Virus record (IMG/VR): IMGVR_UViG_3300028887_000068
Location: 178,490 to 242,489 of that record
Direction: 5' to 3' (one strand)
Length of the DNA stretch: 64,000 bases
Source of the DNA: a virus
Lineage: Duplodnaviria; Heunggongvirae; Uroviricota; Caudoviricetes
How positions within the stretch are numbered: the first letter of the stretch is position 1; each line of letters opens with the position of its first letter. Shown here piece after piece: positions 1-9,896 of the stretch. Position numbers and translations under genes: made by a program. A model generated the notes under the pieces. It did not search any database and had not been told where the DNA came from. It worked only from the letters and a program-made list of their open reading frames with translations.

Positions 1-107
1 ATCCCAGACCGTGAGCTTCGTGGTGAAGAGTAATAGCTGAATGGAACGTTCAAGTAATTCATTGCTGATAGGCAAGATGATTGTCGGTGCTCTTCTGCGT
101 CCTGGCA

Positions 108-1310
108 TTAGTTTTCTCCGGATATGATAAGACGTATTTTGTCAAGCTCAACTTTCGTGAGGAACTTCGTTTCAAGGAACTTCTGTATCTTCTCACTGTA
201 GTCGAGAGAAGGATCTGCAAGGAACGCAAGCTCGTTTTGTTCCTCTTCGGTCTCTTCCATTTCTTGAGTTTCGTCGGTCTTAACTTTGTCTACGGCTCGT
301 TTGATTTGGAAGTTAAGATTGCGAGCGTCTGTGGCAAAATCAGACACAACTTTTTTAATTTCGGGATGCTCGCTAGCAAGCTTTTCTGACATGACAAATC
401 GATAAGAAACCGCCGGATCGGTTGCTGTAGCAGCTAACGTCTTGACGAATACCTCAATATTTCCAGCAGAGCCGTTATAAAGATCATCTACAGAGAATGA
501 CTTATATACAGGTGCGTCAAGGTTCTCTTCGAATTCATGGTCGAATGTCCCGTTCTTGGGATTGTAAGTATAGATCATGAAACCTTTAGACTTCGGTTCA
601 CCTTGAGAAGTTCTAGAGAAGCTTCCATGATAGAATACTTTTTCCTTGTAGTCGCAAGCTACATGGATATGACCACCAGTGACAGGGCCTTTGCATACTC
701 GAATCAAGTCTTCGCTCTTAAACACTGGTGCAGATTCCATCGGCATTTCGCTCTCGTAAACCTGAGAAGCAAACGACTGAAAGTCCATTGTGCCGTGGAA
801 GAAGATAAAGTCATAAGCCTTGTCTGGAGCTTCATAGATGTATTCTTTGTAGAATTCTCTCATGTCCTTCGGATACTCTTCCGGAATGTAGAGAACCTTA
901 AAGCCTTCGTAAAGCTCTTCGACAGTGCATGTCGTAATAGTCTTAAAGCACTTGTAACCGCTGAGGAAGAGACCAAGGGTTTCAACCTGTCCACGGTCAT
1001 GAGACAATGTTCCCTGAAGGAGTCTTACAGGAATGTTATTGCGTTCACAGATGTTGAGCGTTCTGGAAAAGCATCCTGCTAAAAGTCTCATCGTACTGGA
1101 AGACATCTTGATTTCCTTATGGAAGAGGTCTCCAGATATGACCACAAGGTCAATCGCGTCTGTGTTTGATTCAATCAGCTTATTGAAGTAATCGTCGTAT
1201 TCCTTGGCAAGATGCTCATCATCCTTAGCTCCGAAATGGAAGTCTCCCGCATCAATAGCTACGAAAAGTCCATCGCCCTTGGGCTTGTAAAAGCTCTTTA
1301 TGGTATTCAT
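108..1310 (-). CDS. sbcD: SbcD/Mre11-like metallophosphoesterase nuclease
   Basis: Motifs GDFHFG, SGDLFH, GTLSHD, HG and GGHIH..YHGSFSR; an SbcC partner lies nearby. Confidence 0.9.
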   Translation of the reverse strand: MNTIKSFYKPKGDGLFVAIDAGDFHFGAKDDEHLAKEYDDYFNKLIESNTDAIDLVVISGDLFHKEIKMSSSTMRLLAGCFSRTLNICERNNIPVRLLQGTLSHDRGQVETLGLFLSGYKCFKTITTCTVEELYEGFKVLYIPEEYPKDMREFYKEYIYEAPDKAYDFIFFHGTMDFQSFASQVYESEMPMESAPVFKSEDLIRVCKGPVTGGHIHVACDYKEKVFYHGSFSRTSQGEPKSKGFMIYTYNPKNGTFDHEFEENLDAPVYKSFSVDDLYNGSAGNIEVFVKTLAATATDPAVSYRFVMSEKLASEHPEIKKVVSDFATDARNLNFQIKRAVDKVKTDETQEMEETEEEQNELAFLADPSLDYSEKIQKFLETKFLTKVELDKIRLIISGEN

Positions 1311-1327
1311 TGTATACTCCTTTGCAG

Positions 1328-1360
1328 CAATGATAAGTTACGGGCATAAACTTATCAATG
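1328..1360. promoter_or_regulatory. Back-to-back AACT-N6-TG putative late promoters (1328-1339 on -, 1349-1360 on +)
   Basis: AACTTATCATTG on - and AACTTATCAATG on +, each about 20 nt upstream of a start codon with SD. Confidence 0.7.
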
Positions 1361-1383
1361 AATAACACCATTTTGAGGATTCT

Positions 1384-2313
1384 ATGAAACGTCTTTCTGA
1401 ATTGTCTATTATTACTGAGGAAAGTAAGGCGGCTACGGCTAAGAAGATTACTCTCCTCAATCCGAAGCTTGATACTGCTCCCAAAGCCTTTATCACCGAA
1501 ATGGTTCAGCAAATGCAAGCCAGAGAGAAGCGTCCTCTTCGTGCCAGACTCATCAGCGAAATTGAAAACGGAACCGTTGTTCCTGTCTTCTCTCCTGCTG
1601 CTTATGGCACTGGTCTTCCGTTCCTCCCGGTCTGGGTTGCTAGAAATGGTTCCGAAGCCGTTGGTGTTGCCAACTTAACCAATCGTTTCAAGGTCGATAA
1701 GAAAGGCGAAATCGCTTCCAACCCGAGACAGTTTTACAATCTCTGTGCTGCTGCCTTGATCTTTAAGGAAATCACCCTCAACCCTGAAGCCTTCACCCGT
1801 AATGTAAAGCTAGTCACTGCTCTTAGCCGTATCTATTCCAAGATTATGACCAAGGTGACTGACAAGCTCTACGGGATTAGCTACAATGAACTTGTGCTTG
1901 ACCAGATCCGTTACCTCTATGCGAAATTCTTTTTGATTTCTTCCATCGGTAAAGCTGGTGAAGCTGCTTCGCTCATTGCTCTTAAGTCTGTCAAGAATTC
2001 TTCTAGACAGGCGGTCATGGACATCGACAGATTGGTTCCGACAGCAGACTACGAGAACTTTGATAAGTTCACCGACCGTCTTGCTATCACATTCAACAAC
2101 CTGAGCAAGATTTCCATGCGTTCTGTCATTGCAGAAATCGTGAAGTCTTATGGTTCAACTTCGTTCCTCATTCCAGAATTTGCGCCTATGTTGATCATCA
2201 ACGTAATGCTTGCAATCTGGGATAGCGGAATCAACGTCTCCTTCGCTTACAATTCTGTACTCGAAAAAGACGGTGAAGATGTCCTGACTGAAATTCAGAA
2301 CATCATTAAATAA
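1384..2313 (+). CDS. Hypothetical protein, possibly virion-associated
   Basis: 309-aa ORF, SD gagga, AACT-N6-TG promoter, downstream hairpin. Confidence 0.7.
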   Translation: MKRLSELSIITEESKAATAKKITLLNPKLDTAPKAFITEMVQQMQAREKRPLRARLISEIENGTVVPVFSPAAYGTGLPFLPVWVARNGSEAVGVANLTNRFKVDKKGEIASNPRQFYNLCAAALIFKEITLNPEAFTRNVKLVTALSRIYSKIMTKVTDKLYGISYNELVLDQIRYLYAKFFLISSIGKAGEAASLIALKSVKNSSRQAVMDIDRLVPTADYENFDKFTDRLAITFNNLSKISMRSVIAEIVKSYGSTSFLIPEFAPMLIINVMLAIWDSGINVSFAYNSVLEKDGEDVLTEIQNIIK

Positions 2314-2347
2314 AAATAGAGAGAGATCTTGCGATCTCTCTATTTTT
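2312..2347. terminator. Bidirectional intrinsic terminator between convergent genes
   Basis: agagat-cttgcg-atctct stem (GCAA loop on - strand) flanked by A and T tracts. Confidence 0.75.
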
Positions 2348-4154
2348 ACTGCTCTCCAACGAAGAAGTCATCATAGACACCTTCAACGACTCTCTCATAC
2401 GTGTCGATTTCTTGAAGCTTCTTACGAAGATTCTCGAACGACAGGATCGTAGAAAGATTCTTGGTGTTGATGCCCTCGCTCAATCTGAGAACAGTAATCG
2501 GGCCAGTATCTGGCAACGAGAAGTCTGGTTTGTTTCCATTGATATCTCTCAACAGTGCCGACAAGATCGTTTCTGCATGAACAGATACAATCGGAATCTC
2601 ACCATCAACGATATACTTGAGGAACGCATTTGCGATAGCCACATAGTTGTTACCGATTCCGTTATGGCTGTCGGTCTGAATCAAGCTAATGAGATTCATC
2701 AATGCTTCGTTAAGCTCAACACTCTGACGACGCAACGTAAACAGTTCTTCGCTGTCTTCGATGTTGATGTTATACTCATGCTTGTATACTTCGAGTTCCT
2801 CTTTCACTCGTCCTGTCGGATACAGTGGTACAGGAAGATCGAATGTTTCCTGTGATTTCTTGTTCTTCACAGTCAGTCTGTTGACCACCAAGTTTCCTTC
2901 ATCGTCTTCACCAAGGTCTTCTCTTGCGATAGAGAACTTGCGAAGATCCTTTCCGGAAAGCAGCACATTCTTAGATTCTTCAAACAGTTCCGTGAATCCA
3001 GCTGGCCACTCGATGGGCTTAGTCTTTGCCATGAGAAGATGCTTTGCAGACAGAAGTCTCTGTGTCAAGCATGATGTAAGCAACAACACACCCACAGACC
3101 CAACACGGTAGTGTTCTTCGTTTGCCATATCGAACAAGTCGCCATAGCATCTTCTACAGATACCTGTCTTGCATGAACAAGTGATCGGGCTATAAATCTT
3201 AATCTTGCCTTTCATTCGTTCAAACTGTTCGGCACTTCCGTCAATCTTCTCTCCTGATTCCGTATATCTTCCTATCAGGCGAGTAAATGTCTTCATGTTC
3301 GGAACATCCACTTCCAACGGATGCTTCGTGTCACAGCACTCTTCATCTGACAATACAATGTCAGATGTGAGCAACAGCAACTTTCTTGCAAGGTATCCTG
3401 AGCGTCTCACTTGATGGTGAGAGATAACCAGTGCCTTTCTTGCACCAGTTGCAGATACCCAAAAGTCTTCAATACTTCTAAGTCCACGGATAAAGCTCGT
3501 GTTCACTGGGTGTTCGCAGATATTGTCATCGAGGTCTGGCTTCAGACCTACACACGCCACCATCTGAGTCAGCTGTTTCTTGTTAACAGCTTCTCCTCGG
3601 ATCAATTCTCTATACGGAGAATCTGGGGCGGAGAATACTCTACCGACTTCTTCAGTCAGCTTGGACATATCTTCTGACATTTCATCCAAGGTCTTGTGCT
3701 CATCGAGTTTGAAGTCGATGAGTTTCTTGGCTTCAGGATTACTCTTATACATCTTTGCAAGACTGTATAAGTCAACGGTAATACCGTGGATCTCATTTGT
3801 CTTTGTGGACAGAATGAGAAGATCCTGAATCACCTCAAAGATTTTCTCTTTCAGATTGTCTACTCCGGCTTCTCTTGCCATGTTCGCTAAGCGTCTGATA
3901 TACGCATCAACGTCCTTGGCACTATCACCGTCAAACAAATCGCTCTCATCGAACTCCATGTCCAAACCCTTGGACACAGCTCTCAATGCCGTAAGAGAGA
4001 TGATGGCTCGACCGACTGTCGTATCCTTGGTCAAAATCTTGATCGGAGTAGACTTTCGTTCTGCAATCGTTCCCTCTCCGTTAAAGAGGAATTCCCTGAG
4101 ACCAGTGTAGCTCTTTTCAATGCTTTCACTTGTCAGCGAAGTAATGCTATTCAT
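2346..4154 (-). CDS. Multisubunit RNA polymerase beta' subunit, C-terminal half (probably non-virion RNAP)
   Basis: Bridge helix GARKAL..RSGYLARKL, Zn site CCDT..SPITC..GICRRCYG, trigger loop TQRLLSAKH, C-terminal HAETIL/ILSFEN; lacks the DxDGD motif, so the gene is split. Confidence 0.9.
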   Translation of the reverse strand: MNSITSLTSESIEKSYTGLREFLFNGEGTIAERKSTPIKILTKDTTVGRAIISLTALRAVSKGLDMEFDESDLFDGDSAKDVDAYIRRLANMAREAGVDNLKEKIFEVIQDLLILSTKTNEIHGITVDLYSLAKMYKSNPEAKKLIDFKLDEHKTLDEMSEDMSKLTEEVGRVFSAPDSPYRELIRGEAVNKKQLTQMVACVGLKPDLDDNICEHPVNTSFIRGLRSIEDFWVSATGARKALVISHHQVRRSGYLARKLLLLTSDIVLSDEECCDTKHPLEVDVPNMKTFTRLIGRYTESGEKIDGSAEQFERMKGKIKIYSPITCSCKTGICRRCYGDLFDMANEEHYRVGSVGVLLLTSCLTQRLLSAKHLLMAKTKPIEWPAGFTELFEESKNVLLSGKDLRKFSIAREDLGEDDEGNLVVNRLTVKNKKSQETFDLPVPLYPTGRVKEELEVYKHEYNINIEDSEELFTLRRQSVELNEALMNLISLIQTDSHNGIGNNYVAIANAFLKYIVDGEIPIVSVHAETILSALLRDINGNKPDFSLPDTGPITVLRLSEGINTKNLSTILSFENLRKKLQEIDTYERVVEGVYDDFFVGEQ

Positions 4155-4241
4155 TAGCTCTCCTTGTGGATAATTTATAGTTACTTCAATTTCTTTATAT
4201 ACAAAAGAAAAGACTCTAAGGAAGTCCTTAGAGTCCTTGTA

Positions 4242-7025
4242 TTACTTTTCGTAATTAAAGATGATTGTCTTGTTAGCCATGAGAGTTTCGTTGTTAGTCT
4301 CGATACCGTGATTCTTCAATAGGATGAGGTTACATGGTTCTTGCATGAATTCTCGGTTATGGCTAATGACGAAGCACTGTTCCACCTTGAGATCGGCAAT
4401 CTGTCTTCTCAGCATCTTGACAAACCCAGTACGGTTCTGTTCATCAAGCACACCGTCTACTTCATCAAGGTATACGATGTTGTAGGAGTTGTTGATAGCC
4501 TTATTCAAGATAGCCAGAGACAGAGCTTGCTTGACAAACGACTGTTCAGCACCGCTTCCGAGCTTGCAGTCATCCAAGACGGTTCCATTGCTCTTCACGA
4601 TAGGGATAGAGAAATCCTTTTCTGTGATAACAAAGTCGCCGATGAGCAGCTCACCGTTAAAGGCAATCTGGAGCAGGTGGTTAGCCTTCTCACGGATCTC
4701 TTCAAGGTAAGTGTCAATGAGGTATAACGGAATACCCTTGGTCTGGTCGCAAGCAGCCTTAACAGCTTCAACGGCATTGTACTCGTCCTGAATCTTGGCA
4801 ATGCTAGCTTCGAGTTCATCACGCTTCTGCCTTTCGTACTTGTAGTTGTTAAGCTCGGTCTCCATAGCCTCTTTTTCCTTACGAGCATCAGTGATCTTTG
4901 TCGTAAGTTCCAAGAGAGCTTGACGGCTCTTAGCAATATCAGCAAGATATTGAACCATCTTTTCAACCTTAGCCTTGTTCTCTTCGATTTCCTTTCGTTT
5001 CTCTTCAAGAACAACAAAGGCTTTCTTCAGGTTCTTCAGATGTTCGATACGATCGCTGATAGAAGTAACTTCCTCGTTAGCAGCTCTGAAGCCTTCTTCT
5101 TCGGTACTGTAGCTAGACTGAAGCTCTTCGACCTTAGACGATGCCTTGGAGAGAGTTTCTCTGGCTGCACCAATGGCTTCGGCTTCACTGCTTACAGCCT
5201 TGAGCTGAAGCTTAGCATTAGCCAATGAAGAACGAGTATTTTCAAGTTCAAGTCTGGCATTAACGTAATTCTCGATATCGGAGACATCAAACAAGTCAAA
5301 CAGCTCGTCTTCAGTACCCTTCAAGTACTTCAGATAAGTCATCGTGTCGTTCAGCATCTGGATCTTAGAAATCAACCTGAGAGACAGCTTCTTCGAGAGT
5401 TCTTTCTTGAAGTTCTCGTAAATATCGCCACAGGAAGACAAGAAGCTAATCTTGTTGGTAAGATACATGGCTTCATTGTTCAATGAGTCACGGTCAATGG
5501 AAGCGAATTCTTCCTGTTCCTTCCTAAGAGCTGCAAGACGGATGATGGAACCCTTAGCTTCAACAGCTGCTGCAATGAACGGACAAGAGTCATTCTTACA
5601 AGAAGCCGGACGCTTGTTCAGCACTTCTTCAAGCTTAGCCTGAGCTTCAAGGAACTTGATGTCACTAGCGATAGTGATAATCTTGTTACGCTTTTCTTCA
5701 AGCTTTTTTAGCTCGGTTGTAGCCTCGAACAAGAGCTTGTTCACAACAGAGTGATCTGTCAAATCAACATCAGACAGGTCGTAAGACTTCAGCTGATCAC
5801 GAATGCCAGAAAGCAGAGTGTTAGCTTCGATGGATTCTCTCTTGAGAATTGCCAGTTCAGCTGCTCCGTAAGTGGTAAACTTCTTGTACTTGATATCCAC
5901 ATACTTAGACTTCATTTCTTCTGTGCATTGCTGAAGCTTTGTTTCGCCATCAGCGATCATTTCATTAAGACGATCCACTGTTCCCTGAGAGTCTTCAAGA
6001 GACTTCAGCTTAGCCTCTGCTCTTTCCTTTGCTTCGATGGCTTCATTAAGACCAGTCTTAGCGTTATTCATCATAACAGAATGAGTAGTCTTAGCTTCTC
6101 TCGCTTTATCAAGGTCAGGCTGAATATGCTCTATCTCTTCATCAGCACTTGTCAGAGAGAAGCCTTCCGGAATCTCAGCTTTCTGAATATCATAGATGCT
6201 TTCGAGTTCCTTGATCTTCTCATCGACCGGATTCTTACCTGTTCTTGCGAATACACGGAGTTCAGGGATAGACTTATCAGTCTCTGTCAGGATCCCATCA
6301 ATGATACCCTTTTCCTTTCCGTAATCCTTGTTAAGATCTTCAAGGATGGTATCCTTATCCTTGATAGCGATCTCAAGATTATCGATAGCGACTTGGCACT
6401 TCTCCTTGGAAGAGAGCTTGAGGAGTTCATCCTTGAATGTAGCCATCTGTCTACGGAGAGCCGTAAACTGTTCTGCTGCTTTCTTGTGGAAATTCAAGTA
6501 TGGGTCAATAGCCGGAAGGAACTGTCCGATGAACTTCTTACGATCGCTCTTAGAAAGGTCAACGAAGTTAGCAATCCCACCAATACGACCGACGACGAAA
6601 TAGTCTTCGGTTACGCCAAGATTGTCTTGAACACAGTCTCCGTATGACTTAATCTTACCAGACGAGTTCAGATTCTGCCATCTGCCGTTTTCAAGCTTGT
6701 AGAAGAAACACTTAGACTCATGTCTCTGTTCTTCATCGTTCCATACGTAGTTGATAACGGACTTGAAGACATTGTTCTCATCTTTCCTGAAGATGAGTTC
6801 CTTCATACCGTTTTCTTTTTCAATAATGATACGCTTACGGTTATCAAGAGAAGAAGGGAACGGATGCAGAACAGAAATGAGTGTAGTCTTTCCAGAGAAG
6901 TTCTTACCGAAGAGCATTGTAATAGGCTCATCGAGAGACTTCGTAAAATCGATTTCCAAAGTCCTGAGACCCATGCCTGTATAGAACCCAGCAAAGTTCT
7001 CAAACTTAGCTTTCAATATAATCAT
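4242..7025 (-). CDS. sbcC: SbcC/Rad50-like SMC ATPase
   Basis: Walker A GKNFSGKT, long coiled coils, hook CKNDSCPF, signature GSGAE, Walker B/D-loop YLDEVDGVLD, H-loop ISH. Confidence 0.92.
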   Translation of the reverse strand: MIILKAKFENFAGFYTGMGLRTLEIDFTKSLDEPITMLFGKNFSGKTTLISVLHPFPSSLDNRKRIIIEKENGMKELIFRKDENNVFKSVINYVWNDEEQRHESKCFFYKLENGRWQNLNSSGKIKSYGDCVQDNLGVTEDYFVVGRIGGIANFVDLSKSDRKKFIGQFLPAIDPYLNFHKKAAEQFTALRRQMATFKDELLKLSSKEKCQVAIDNLEIAIKDKDTILEDLNKDYGKEKGIIDGILTETDKSIPELRVFARTGKNPVDEKIKELESIYDIQKAEIPEGFSLTSADEEIEHIQPDLDKAREAKTTHSVMMNNAKTGLNEAIEAKERAEAKLKSLEDSQGTVDRLNEMIADGETKLQQCTEEMKSKYVDIKYKKFTTYGAAELAILKRESIEANTLLSGIRDQLKSYDLSDVDLTDHSVVNKLLFEATTELKKLEEKRNKIITIASDIKFLEAQAKLEEVLNKRPASCKNDSCPFIAAAVEAKGSIIRLAALRKEQEEFASIDRDSLNNEAMYLTNKISFLSSCGDIYENFKKELSKKLSLRLISKIQMLNDTMTYLKYLKGTEDELFDLFDVSDIENYVNARLELENTRSSLANAKLQLKAVSSEAEAIGAARETLSKASSKVEELQSSYSTEEEGFRAANEEVTSISDRIEHLKNLKKAFVVLEEKRKEIEENKAKVEKMVQYLADIAKSRQALLELTTKITDARKEKEAMETELNNYKYERQKRDELEASIAKIQDEYNAVEAVKAACDQTKGIPLYLIDTYLEEIREKANHLLQIAFNGELLIGDFVITEKDFSIPIVKSNGTVLDDCKLGSGAEQSFVKQALSLAILNKAINNSYNIVYLDEVDGVLDEQNRTGFVKMLRRQIADLKVEQCFVISHNREFMQEPCNLILLKNHGIETNNETLMANKTIIFNYEK

Positions 7026-7627
7026 GAGAGAAACACCTCACGGTAGTTAATGTTGAAGTGGTCACGAGAGAGTTTAAGTGTTTCGTAGACCGAAGAGTAA
7101 TCCGTAGGCTCGCCGTTAAACTTGAACCACAACGGGTTGATCAGTTCTTCCTTCTGGAGAAGAGTCTTAAGACCGTTAGGAAATCTTTTCAAGAAGTACA
7201 TGTTCATTTCAATGAACACCTTAGAGCGTTCGAGAACATTCATAGACGGAAATACATTGTTTTCTCGCTTCACTGTTCTCCAAGTCTCTTCCTTGATAGC
7301 TCCTGCCGTCCTTGTAAGGAACGTACCAAGAGCGTAGTCCTTAGCTTCCATGAACGGAGTTACCCAGTAGATCTTTTCATTAATGGCGTCAAGCCAGTTG
7401 AACCTGTCGTAGTTATCCGTTTTCATGTCGTTCGGGAAGCTGTCAAGAAAAGCGTCCATAGTCATGACACCCTTCGTCTTATCAAACTGTCCAAGAGCTT
7501 CAAGCGGCGATACTACGGGGATAGGCTTGACCTTTGCAAGCATATGGATCATTTCTTCTAGCAAGTCCATTCTGTTAATAAATGGCACGAAGAAAGACAT
7601 GTCTACTACAATATTAAACATAGTCAT
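7022..7627 (-). CDS. Hypothetical protein
   Basis: 201-aa ORF, SD aggag, ATGA overlap with sbcC. Confidence 0.7.
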   Translation of the reverse strand: MTMFNIVVDMSFFVPFINRMDLLEEMIHMLAKVKPIPVVSPLEALGQFDKTKGVMTMDAFLDSFPNDMKTDNYDRFNWLDAINEKIYWVTPFMEAKDYALGTFLTRTAGAIKEETWRTVKRENNVFPSMNVLERSKVFIEMNMYFLKRFPNGLKTLLQKEELINPLWFKFNGEPTDYSSVYETLKLSRDHFNINYREVFLS

Positions 7628-7699
7628 GGTTCTCCTTTGGTTCGATATAAAGTTCGGGGTATGGATTCTTGAACTTTATAATGAACATATAAGGAGTCA

Positions 7700-8596
7700 A
7701 TGATGAATACTCTGTCTCTCAAGCTCAAAGAACTTCATTACATCACTATGCTTAACATTTCTGCCAACGAGGATCCTAACCTCAACGTCCCGACTATCCT
7801 CATCGGTAACGGTACGTCTGATGTGAAGAAGGAAATTCATGACAGATATATGGACAAGCTCCGTGACATCGTGAGGAAGTCTGAATCTGAGTACAAGGGA
7901 CTCAGTGATGGCTATGCTACGATGTTCGATCAGTTCATTAAGTCCTACAAGGAAAAGCTTGCTGGCAACATCAAGATGTCCAAAGAGCACAATAAGGAAC
8001 TGGACGGATATACGCCTACTTCTAGCTTCAACATCAGTGTCAAACCTTATGTGCTTGACTTGAAGACTAAGACCGATGCTCACAAGATGGCAATCACAGA
8101 ATTGCTTCAGAAGTACTTCATTCCGAAACTTGCTGTTATCACTAACAAAGTCGATACTTCTAGATTTGAGGGCCAGTGGAAGGATATTCTCCTGACTTCT
8201 GTAACTAGAACAGGAAAGGCTCCTGACGATGAGTTCAAGACTGTAGAGGTTCCGCCCAAGGTTATCTCTGAATACCTTGAAGGATTTGGAATCAACAACT
8301 TGACAATGCTTCAGGATCAGCATACTGAAATCGATAACTTTGTAAAGCGTCTCAGAGAAAACATTGAAGGAGCTATCAATAAGCTCAAAATCGATGTCGA
8401 TAACTTTGACGTTCATAAGGCAAAGGCCGAAAGTACTGAAATCGAAGGTAGAGCTAGGAAAGTGGCCAAGTTGCTTTACTTATTCAAGGATCTGAAAGAT
8501 TCAATGGCATTGTCCAATAGTATCACTATGGACAGACTTGCCACTGGAGAACAGATAGTTAAAGCTGTCCTCAACCTGAAAGATCCTCAAGAATAA
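7700..8596 (+). CDS. Hypothetical helical protein, late-type promoter
   Basis: 298 aa, SD aaggag, AACTTTATAATG at 7672-7683, terminator at 8601-8635. Confidence 0.75.
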   Translation: MMNTLSLKLKELHYITMLNISANEDPNLNVPTILIGNGTSDVKKEIHDRYMDKLRDIVRKSESEYKGLSDGYATMFDQFIKSYKEKLAGNIKMSKEHNKELDGYTPTSSFNISVKPYVLDLKTKTDAHKMAITELLQKYFIPKLAVITNKVDTSRFEGQWKDILLTSVTRTGKAPDDEFKTVEVPPKVISEYLEGFGINNLTMLQDQHTEIDNFVKRLRENIEGAINKLKIDVDNFDVHKAKAESTEIEGRARKVAKLLYLFKDLKDSMALSNSITMDRLATGEQIVKAVLNLKDPQE

Positions 8597-8600
8597 ATTT

Positions 8601-8638
8601 ATACCTCCATCGTGGGATGGAGGTATTTTTATTTTTTA
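8601..8638 (+). terminator. Intrinsic terminator
   Basis: atacctccatc-gtgg-gatggaggtat followed by a T tract. Confidence 0.8.
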
Positions 8639-8737
8639 TAGGTTATTATAAAGAAAAAAATAAAAACGTGAAAAATGTCTCCTAAGTCATATATTAAAGA
8701 ATGTAGTTAAAAACCATTAAACCAGGAGACAATAAAA

Positions 8738-9856
8738 ATGGCTGAAAATGAAAACTATGAAAAGATCGAAGTTGCTCTTAAGGAAACTCTTGAAAGAGCC
8801 AACGGAGACGCTCGCAGGGTCAACATGCGAGTATTCTGCGAGAATCAGGGGTTCGATTATAAAGAAGCTGCGAGTGTCATTCGCACCTCTTCAGAACTCC
8901 CGATCAAGTGGGTTGACAGGGAACAACTTCTTTCGACTTTCCCGAAGCCGGAAGAGGAAGAGAAGCTCCCGGCTAAGTGCTATGCTGACGCAGCAGATAT
9001 GAGCAAGAGGAAGCGCAAGAAGATTCGCGCAATGTTTTGGAGCAATCCGAAACTGACCGTTCAGGAATTCTTGGCTCATCAACCAGAAGGATGTCAGGTT
9101 ACGGAGAAAGCTCTCCGCGAAATCTTAGGGGAACTTTGGGAAGAAAGATACGAATATAAGAAACCCAGAAAGGACTGGGACTCCTATGTTGAAATCTTGA
9201 GATCCCTTCCGGAGAGCAAGTCCGTTGCATCATTCTGTCGAGAACAGGGTCTCAAGCAGGATCAGTTCAAGAAGAACTGTCCTCCGGATCTGTACGAGGC
9301 TCATAGCCCAGTTCGCATTAATTGGGAGCTTCATATTGAGGCTCTCAAGAGCGGCGACATCTCTTATCAAGAGTACTGTAAACGGAACAATATCAGGGTT
9401 CAAAGTTTCTGCTATCATTGTGACGCCGAAACTCTTGAGAGATTCGACGAAGCGAAAATGCGGGACAGAGAACGTGCTGCAAAGTACGATCCCGAAAAGA
9501 CTGTTCGCGAGAACGCTCAAATCTTGGGTGTTACCGAACAGTACATGTCCTTGTGGATTAAGGACAAACTCCAGGTCATTGATCCGGAAAAGTATGGTCG
9601 TATTCACGAAGTCCGCAAAGAGAACCGCTTGACGGATGAAGAGAAAAAGATCCTCGCTCTCGAAGCGATGGTCGAAACACTCCGCAAGAAGAATCTCGAA
9701 AAGGAAAGCGAGAACGCTTTGCTCAGATCAAAGATCTCGTCGCTGGAAACTTCCAATGCCGCTCTTCGTGGTGGTAAGGAAGCCCTCAATAGGGAACTCC
9801 TTGATCTTAAGCACAGGATCAAGGAAAACCTCATGGGTGTTATCAGCTCCCTTTAA
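8738..9856 (+). CDS. Putative DNA-binding protein with tandem HTH-like repeats and a C-terminal coiled coil
   Basis: Repeats MRVFCENQGF, TVQEFLAHQ, SVASFCREQGL, SYQEYCKRNNI, TVRENAQILGV; heptad-rich C-terminus; TATATTAAAGAATG promoter at 8690-8703. Confidence 0.6.
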   Translation: MAENENYEKIEVALKETLERANGDARRVNMRVFCENQGFDYKEAASVIRTSSELPIKWVDREQLLSTFPKPEEEEKLPAKCYADAADMSKRKRKKIRAMFWSNPKLTVQEFLAHQPEGCQVTEKALREILGELWEERYEYKKPRKDWDSYVEILRSLPESKSVASFCREQGLKQDQFKKNCPPDLYEAHSPVRINWELHIEALKSGDISYQEYCKRNNIRVQSFCYHCDAETLERFDEAKMRDRERAAKYDPEKTVRENAQILGVTEQYMSLWIKDKLQVIDPEKYGRIHEVRKENRLTDEEKKILALEAMVETLRKKNLEKESENALLRSKISSLETSNAALRGGKEALNRELLDLKHRIKENLMGVISSL

Positions 9857-9896
9857 ATAATAAAAGAATCGGTCTGTACAACCGATTCTTTTTTTG

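Noticed and set aside
1-33. 3' end of an upstream + strand ORF (IPDRELRGEE*)
   Set aside because: Too short to call
108-7025. Non-canonical SbcCD motifs (GTLSHD, CX4C hook, GSGAE) as inactivation
   Set aside because: All other catalytic motifs are intact; these are more likely lineage-specific variants
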